DNA from: Elsinoe ampelina
Taxonomy: Eukaryota
Length of the DNA stretch: 64,000 bases
Direction of reading: 5' to 3'
NCBI GenBank assembly: GCA_010093995.1
Contig: ML992510.1
Location: 951,845 to 1,015,844, forward strand
Shown: one piece after another, positions 56,825 to 64,000 of the stretch
Layout: every line of letters begins with the position of its first letter
How positions within the stretch are numbered: the first letter of the stretch is position 1
Made by a program: the position numbers and the translations under genes
The notes under the pieces: generated by a model
Seen by the model: only the letters and a program-made list of their open reading frames with translations
What the model was told of the DNA's origin: nothing
The model's database searches: none

Positions 56825-59478
56825 GTTATAAGCCCGGTATAACTACCCCTATACAAGTATATCATTTAGTAGCTTCTCTACTCGATTTATTAGTTCATTC
56901 TCTATCATCTCGCTTTTTAAGCACTAGAATCTGTTAAGTACTGCCTTATCTACTACTACAGGATTCAGGTGTTAACAAAGAGATAAACAACTATAGATAC
57001 TAACACACTAATAGCTAGAACACCTATCATTCTTGCTACATCAGCTGAATAGGCTAGCTAGCTATATATCATTAAGACTAGAGCTTTAAACACTAAGATC
57101 TAGCACCTTGTTAATCCTTAGGAGAGTATTAAGCCTAAAGGGCTCCCTAAGCCTTAGAGGCTAGATATATTAGATCCTAACTTCTTAGCACTCTTCTAGA
57201 TCTATAAGGAGGAGCAAGCTTAGCATAACAAACAGCACAAGGCCTTAGTAGATCTAGCTAGCCTTATTTAGTTATTAATTGCACTATAAGTTCTTATAGT
57301 TATCTAACTAGAGGGAGATCCCTATCTATAGGCTATTCTTAGAGCATTAAAGAACAGATTTGTACTATCTAATGCTATAATTTAGCTTAAGGTTAAAGCT
57401 CTCTAGAGGAGATAGCTCTCTAGTCTATTATTATAGAACATAGACTATTAGCTTTAGCAATAGGAAGAGGTTATAGACAAGGCTAGGAATTATAACCTAC
57501 TAGAAGCTTAAGGCTTAAGGCTATAGAGAGACTTCTTACTCTCTATCTTAAGGACTAAACTAGCATTTACTAACAAATATCTTATTGATCTAGATTCACT
57601 AACTCTGCTAACTATGCTTAAACTAATTACTAAGTTTAGACAGTTTTACAAACTTTATAAGCTATATAGCACCACAAAGGCTAGCAAGGGAGCAATAGCA
57701 TTCCCTATAGCTACTAAGGACTCTACAAAAGAGCCTAGTCCTACTAGGGAGCCTAGATATATATACTAGAAGCGGCATAAGTAGAGTAAGTACTATTACT
57801 TAAATAAGTATCTAAGGCTAGAAGGATAGTTACTAAACTAATAAACCCTTAAGGAGGTTAAGCAAAGGCTTAATAATAAGGCCTTAAGGGAGAAGGTTAA
57901 AGCTATCCTTACTAAGGAGGCTTACCTTTATAAGGGGTTATCCCTACTAGTACTAATTAATATAGCTATAACTATTAGATTACACTTAGCATTTATTTTA
58001 GCTACTAGTAACATCTTAAGTTTATAGATTCTAGATTCTAGAGCAACTAATTATATCTATAATTACACTATAAAGGATAGATATAAGGTTACTAGACTTA
58101 TAGAACCTTATAAGCAAATGTTCTATAGTAACACCTTACTTACTATTAAGAGTTAGGGATTAATCACTATTATAGCAATTTATAGGGGAAAGCTAGTAAC
58201 TATCTAACTTACATAGGTAGCTTATATACCATTAATAATGACTAATCTAGTTAGCCTTAGGAGGTTCCTAAAGGGTAGAGTCCACTAGAACACTTAAACT
58301 ATAGAGATTAATTACAAAGGGAAGGTACTCTTCTTAGTAACTCTAAAGTATAATTAATACATAGTAGAGAATAACTCTAAAGCTCCTTATGCTATTACTA
58401 TAGCTATAGGAGGCACTAGAGATCCTTATCTATTAGTATTTACCTTAGTTATAACAAGGACTAATTAATCTTAGTATAAAGTTATAGGCTATCTAAGTAT
58501 AGAGTCTATTAATCACCTCCTAACTGCTATAGTTAGTAGTAAACTAACTTTAACTAAGTCTAACTTGCATTAACTAAGTCATCTTAGGTTACTATATTAG
58601 ACTTGTAAGCTATTAAATGCTTAGAAGCTTATCTTAAGGAGCTCTAATACTAAGATTGTTATAACTAAGCCCTTTAAAAGGATCACCTTTAACATTATTA
58701 TTAATAGATTTACTAGCTACAATAAGGCAAGGTATATAAGCTATTTTACCTATAGGGCCACTAACTATCACCTTGTAAGTAGTTATGCTTATAGATATAA
58801 GATTAATAAAATCTGTATTAAGATAATTACTTACATTAAAAGTAATCTTAGCTTTAAGGTTAGATTCGTTAGGAGTAATAATAAAGAGGCTTTTAGTCTT
58901 AGATTTACTATCTTCCTAGATAGTAAAGGTATCTAAAGAGAGCTATCCGCTCTATATACTCTAGCATAGAATACTTATAGTAAAAGGATAGGGTCTATAC
59001 TATTAAGGAGAGCAAGGGTAGTAGCTATCTTTACTAATCTTCTAAGGGAACTATACTCTAAACTATATAGATTAGTAGCCTATCTAATAAATAGGACTCT
59101 ACTTAAGAAGCTTAACTAGAAGACTCCCTTTAAGCTAGTTTATAGATGCCCTTCATTAATCTCCTATCTTAGGCTAATTAGTTATAAGGCCTATATACTA
59201 GATTATTATATCATAAGTAGTAATAAGCTTACACTAAGAGCATACATTAGTTATCTAGTTAGATATAACTTAACTAACATATTTAGGATCTTTATACTAG
59301 CCTTAAAGAAGGTTATTAGAATAAGGGATGTTAGATTTAATAAGACTTAGTTCTATAAGCTAGAGGAGTAGCCTTAGCCTTAGCCTATTAGACTACTTAA
59401 TCTACTAAGACTACTATAGGAAGTTAAGGAGAATATACCTTAAACTGAAGAGGTAACTAAAGGCCTATCTATACTACA

Positions 59479-59550
59479 GAATCTAGTTTAGAATCTAGTT
59501 TAGAATCTAGTTTAGAATCTAGTTCGGAATCTAGCTTAGAATCTAGTTTA
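59479..59550 (+). repeat. 12-bp tandem repeat x6 in the integrase-RT linker
   Basis: GAATCTAGTTTA units with two variants (GAATCTAGTTCG, GAATCTAGCTTA). Confidence 0.9.
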
Positions 59551-61654
59551 GCAGATTCTAACTAAGGAACTAAATAATTATAGTTTATTATTATAGTTAT
59601 AGGCTTAATAGGCTCTATTACCTCCACTAGATAATCATAGTCTATTATCATAGTTATAGACCCTAGAGCTAAACCTAGCTTAGATCTAGGAGGCTACATT
59701 AGTAGAGTAGTTCTATAATGCTCTAGCCTCTCTACCCTTAATAGCTATACAGCCTTCACCTCTATCTAAAGCTAAAACTATAAGGAGTGAGGTAGAAGCC
59801 CTAGCTAAAGGGGTAACTAAGGAGCCTAAACAGCCTAGAAGAAGAATTACTATAAGGTTAGCTAACCTATTGCCTAAGCATATCCTTACGACAAGAAGGA
59901 CTAGAAAACTAAGAAGGCAGGCCTATATTACTAGTCTTGTATAGCCTTAGGAGGCTCCTAGATATCATTAAGCTTTTAATGCTTATCTATTAATAAAGCT
60001 AATCTAGCTAAAGCTAGAACTAAGGGATAATCTACCTCTACTACTAGCTAACATTAGGGAGCTATAAGCTTATTCTTATAGGGAGCAATTCTAACAAGCA
60101 ATAAAGGTAGAATTACTTACTCTCTATTTAAAAGATACTTAGACTATTATACTTACATCTTAAGCTATAGGGAAGCTAGTGCCACTAACTTAGGTCTTTA
60201 TATATAAGACTAATAACAAAGGAGAAGTTATTAAACACAAGGTAAGACTTTATATAAGGGGTAATCTTTAATCTACAGATTTAGAGACTTATATAGCTAC
60301 ATTAGCTGCTAAGATTTTTAGAATGCTTATAGCCCTCCTTACTTACAAGGATATAGAGGCTATCTAGATAGATATTGTTAATACTTATATTAATAGTCCT
60401 ATTAATAAGACAATCTACTATACTATCCTACCTAGATTTAAGCTTATACTAGAGGTACTTACAAAGGACTATCCTAGTATAGCATTATCTAATGCAATTC
60501 TCCTACTAAAGAAGGCACTCTAAAGCCTTAAACAAGCACTAGCTCTCTAGTATGTAGAATTTACTACTACACTAAAGAATCTTAGATTTACTTAGGCCCC
60601 TAAGGCTCTATGCCTCTAGCTAACCCCTAAGGTAATAATCTTCTTCTTTGTAGATAATATTACTATTATATACCTTAAGAAGCACAAGGGCAAGGCTAAT
60701 GCTATTATTATAGCCCTATATGCTAAGTATAAGATAAAGATGCTTAGAGATCTAAGCTAGTTCCTTGCTATCTAAGTTATAAGGGATAGGTCTATAAGGA
60801 GGCTATAGCTTAGCTAAGCCTAGTACTTACAATAGATGTATAGCAAGTTTATTATAGAACTAACAAGGCTAGTATTAACACCTCTGCTAATAGAGATGAT
60901 CTAGCTAAATAAGGGCTAAGTATCACTATAGGAGATCTATCTATATTAGCAGAAGATAGGATCTATTAATTTTGCAGCTGTCATTACTAGGCCTAATATT
61001 ACCTTTACTACTTCTAGATTGTTAGAGCATCTAATAAATCCTTTACTAACACACTAAAGGCTAGCGAATAGAGTGATCTAGTATCTCTATAAGACTAGAG
61101 ATCTAGCCCTTACCTTTAATGGCTTAATACCACCACTAATCTTCTAAGCCTTATTAGATACTAGCTTTAGAAGTTACCCTTTAAGGAAGAGCCTTTAGGG
61201 GTATCTATTTAAGCTATTCTAAGGCTCTATAGATTAGAAGGCTATAAAGCAGCTAACTGTTACTACTTCTAGCATAGAGGCTAAACTACTTGCTCTTATA
61301 GAGACCACTAAGCAAGCTATATAGTAGAGGAGGCTAATAGCTGCTATCTATCTACTAAGGAATGTTAGTATTTAGTGTAATAACTAGCAAACTATTAGCC
61401 TTGTCACTAATCTAATTAAGAAGCTTAACACACATCTACGCTATGTAGATATCCACTATCACTAGCTAAGGCAAGAGATCACTCTAGGAGGCCCTATCTC
61501 TATAGACTAGACTCTCTTAGTAGATACACTAGCAGATAGACTTACTAAGTCACTTCCTCTAGGGAGGTATAAGGTCTTCTTGTAATAGCTATCCCTCGAG
61601 TTAGTAGTCCACTAACTAGCTATAATAGACTTATAGCTATTCAGTGAAGGGGTG

Positions 61655-61914
61655 TGTTAACCTCGGCAAGAGCTATGGTGCTAAGAAGGACCCTAATTTA
61701 GTGCAACCAAGGTTGAACTAAGCACTTATCAATAGTTACACTAATTTATGATCAATTTAGACGGTTATTGTCTTATTCTGTTACCATCAAGGAGTTCTTC
61801 TAATTTAGCTATCTCTCAGTTCATCAGGTTAAGTATATATGTAGTTACAATCCACCTAATTTGGGTGGATCAGGCAGTAATAAATCTCTTTCCCTCCCCA
61901 CACACAAGTCAACA
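61655..61914 (+). repeat. 3' LTR
   Basis: Direct repeat of 56565-56824, followed by TSD AGTAT. Confidence 0.97.
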
Positions 61915-62066
61915 AGTATTGATTGTCTCTCAGTAATGGTATTTACAATGAAAAGGGGCTAGACAGTAGCAGCTACAGAACCATCCCAGCCTTTTCCTCT
62001 GCCTTCCTCCTCCTTTGCCACCTATTTATCCACCTCCATCCCTTTCCCCGACGAGTCCGAAGAGTA

Positions 62067-63202
62067 TTACTTCGACAAAGGCCTGAACCCAACCGTCAGC
62101 CACGGATAGGCAGCGCATCCAGTCTTGGCCGTGTCGTACGTCACGAAGACAAAGGTGCTAGCCGCGGGCTCTCCGACGACGCTCCCAGGACAGACGAGGA
62201 AAGTCATGGGCTTATTCCCCGCGCCACCCCTCATCGTGACTCTTCCGGAGTCGGTGCCGATGCTGCTGAGGCTCCACTGCATCGTGTTCTGGAACCGGGT
62301 GTCCGAGGTCAGGATGGAGTAGTTCTGGCGGTCCAGGAGGGCGTCGTTCATGGTGATCATGCTGGTGGTGGCGCTGTTGAGCGGGGTCGAGAACAGGGCC
62401 GCGGTCGCCAGGTTCGCGGTGCGGATCTTGAACGTGTAGGTGCCTGCTGGCGGGGTGGAATCCAGGGTGAGGGCCGTCGTCATGATGGTTGTTGCGGAAT
62501 TGGCGACGTGGGGCCCGAGTTGTACGACTTTGTTGTTGTAGGCTACTCCGAGGCCGTTTGCGACTGATGGGATGGACATGTAGAAGTCTCTGCTGAAGAA
62601 GGAGGCAGTGGATATTGGTGTGGCCGATGTGGTGGTGGTGGTTGATAGTTTGGCCGTGGACAAGGTGGTGGTCGAGCTTATCTTCAATGGCGTGGCAGCT
62701 GGGGTGCTTGTCGGAGCCCGGAGCAGTGCTGGATTCTGGATGACGCACTGACATGCGGCGATGGCTTGCTGAGTGCTGAAAGCCGATGCGAATGGCTGAG
62801 AAGTGCCGGATCTGGTGAACGAGATCGATTAGCACTTGTTCGGAGAAATTGCTCAAATACAAAAGGTGCTCGATAGACTTACGATAAGAACCAAGTACAC
62901 ATCTTTGTTGCATCCTTGAACGTGGCGCCAAGACGTTTGATAACAGTGTCATTCGTGGAGCAGACTTGATTCTGCGGTATCAAGCAAGCGCAGGCAACAT
63001 TGATCTGGCTAGGCGTCAGGCCGGCAAAAGGCGAAGTGAGCTGGGCCGTAGGCGTGGCACTATTCCAGGCCAGACAGAAGTCAGACGAATCGATGCCGGC
63101 GGCGCTGTTCAACAGCACAACCTCTGAGCTTGTGTTGCATGATTGAGCTATCGCAGCGCTGAAGAGACCTGTCAAGGTCAAGGCGGTGATTGCTGACCGC
63201 AT
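62067..63202 (-). CDS. Secreted protein (354 aa) with two Cys-rich repeats, Thr/Ser linker and beta-rich C-terminal domain; intron 62882-62812
   Basis: Signal peptide MRSAITALTLTGLFSAAIA. A GTAAGT..GCTAAT..CAG intron joins the 107-aa and 206-aa ORFs in frame. Repeats end in ACAC and ACQC. Confidence 0.85.
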
Positions 63203-64000
63203 CTTTGCAGGGTCACTGTACGATCGGTACGGGTGTAAGGAGAAGAACAGAATCGGTGCTCACCTTGACTCCCTCTATGTTGGGAGCTTCGCGCTGATAA
63301 GAAGGATCTGAGATGTACTACCTAGCCATACCTTTGGTCGACGGTTGCGTTCAACGGTGTCATTGGCAAGGAAATGTCTTGTATGATGGAGGAAAAAGGT
63401 GGATACAGCGCGGCGATGGTGGGACGCTGTGGACTGTCTCCGATGAGGCTGACCGGTATTGGCTGCCAAAGCTCGCCTGGACCACTGTGGCTGGCAAGAT
63501 AAGTGAATAGGCCACGAGGAAAGGGTTGGCCGTTGAGCGAAAACGGGCAAAGCGCTCGGCTTCGACGTCGAGCTCACTCAGATCAGAACAAAATCGAAAA
63601 CCCGCGTGAGTCGTTACGAACGGCAAGGGCAGATGCAAACGGCTGAGGCAAGCTTGAACATGTCAGTGAGAATTGTGAGATCCTGCACCGAGGCTTTGTG
63701 GCTGAGCGCTAGCCTTGAATTGTCTCCATATTTCGAGAGGGTCTATACGTCTGTTATGAGTACATAACGCTGTAGCTGACGAGAAGCCTGTCGCCCAAAA
63801 GATGTAGCACCACATTGATCAGTCTTGCCTTGTCTAATCTTTCGTGCCCCCGACAGTGCGGCAAAACCGTTCTGTACAGGTCACATACGCCTTCGTCGAG
63901 CCCAGTTGCGAAGAATGGATTACTATAGCAAGCTAACAGGTGTCGCTCACATTTATTCAAGATTATATGAGCAATGATGCCCCGTACTCCTCCCCCATCC

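Larger units (their letters stand above)
56565..61914 (+). mobile_element. Full-length (5350 bp) Ty1/copia LTR retrotransposon inactivated by RIP
   Basis: 260-bp TG...CA LTRs, 5-bp TSD AGTAT (56560-56564, 61915-61919), PBS GTTATAAGCCC at 56825, PPT GAAGGGG before the 3' LTR. De-RIPped motifs in copia order: protease WILDSGAT (~58025), integrase tail PRA.IGYLVGYDSTNIFR (~59230), RT FFVDD (~60645), RNase H SS.EAELLA (~61270). Confidence 0.97.

Noticed and set aside
59479..59550. CRISPR-like array
   Set aside because: Contiguous 12-bp units without spacers inside a retrotransposon in a eukaryote.
61748..61936. 62-aa ORF
   Set aside because: Lies in the 3' LTR; the 5' copy has stops.

Overview
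Eukaryotic DNA from a filamentous ascomycete (Pezizomycotina), judged by short GT-AG introns with CTRAC/CTAAT branch points and RIP-type CpA->TpA damage in repeats. The left ~40 kb is a dense block of mostly conserved genes: PAF-acetylhydrolase, RING E3, GST-kappa, CCT2, SAD1, IRE1, DUF427, NatB MDM20, a DUF6604-like gene, SEC59, ATG1 and RGD2. A small accessory island with two pseudogenes interrupts it at 30-36 kb. The right ~24 kb is accessory: PP2C, TetX-like flavin monooxygenase, Zn2Cys6 TF, homoserine-acetyltransferase-like hydrolase, GH64, a broken SF1 helicase, F-box, a complete RIP-inactivated Ty1/copia element and a secreted Cys-repeat protein. A second copia element runs off the left edge. 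The standout is a minus-strand tRNA-Gln(UUG) gene at 48944-49129. It folds into a standard 72-nt cloverleaf only after removal of three inserts: a canonical 17-nt anticodon intron plus two inserts with spliceosomal signals (49-nt GT-AG in the D-loop, 48-nt GC-AG in the T-stem). All calls are by eye; family names without a quoted motif are recollection, not database hits.
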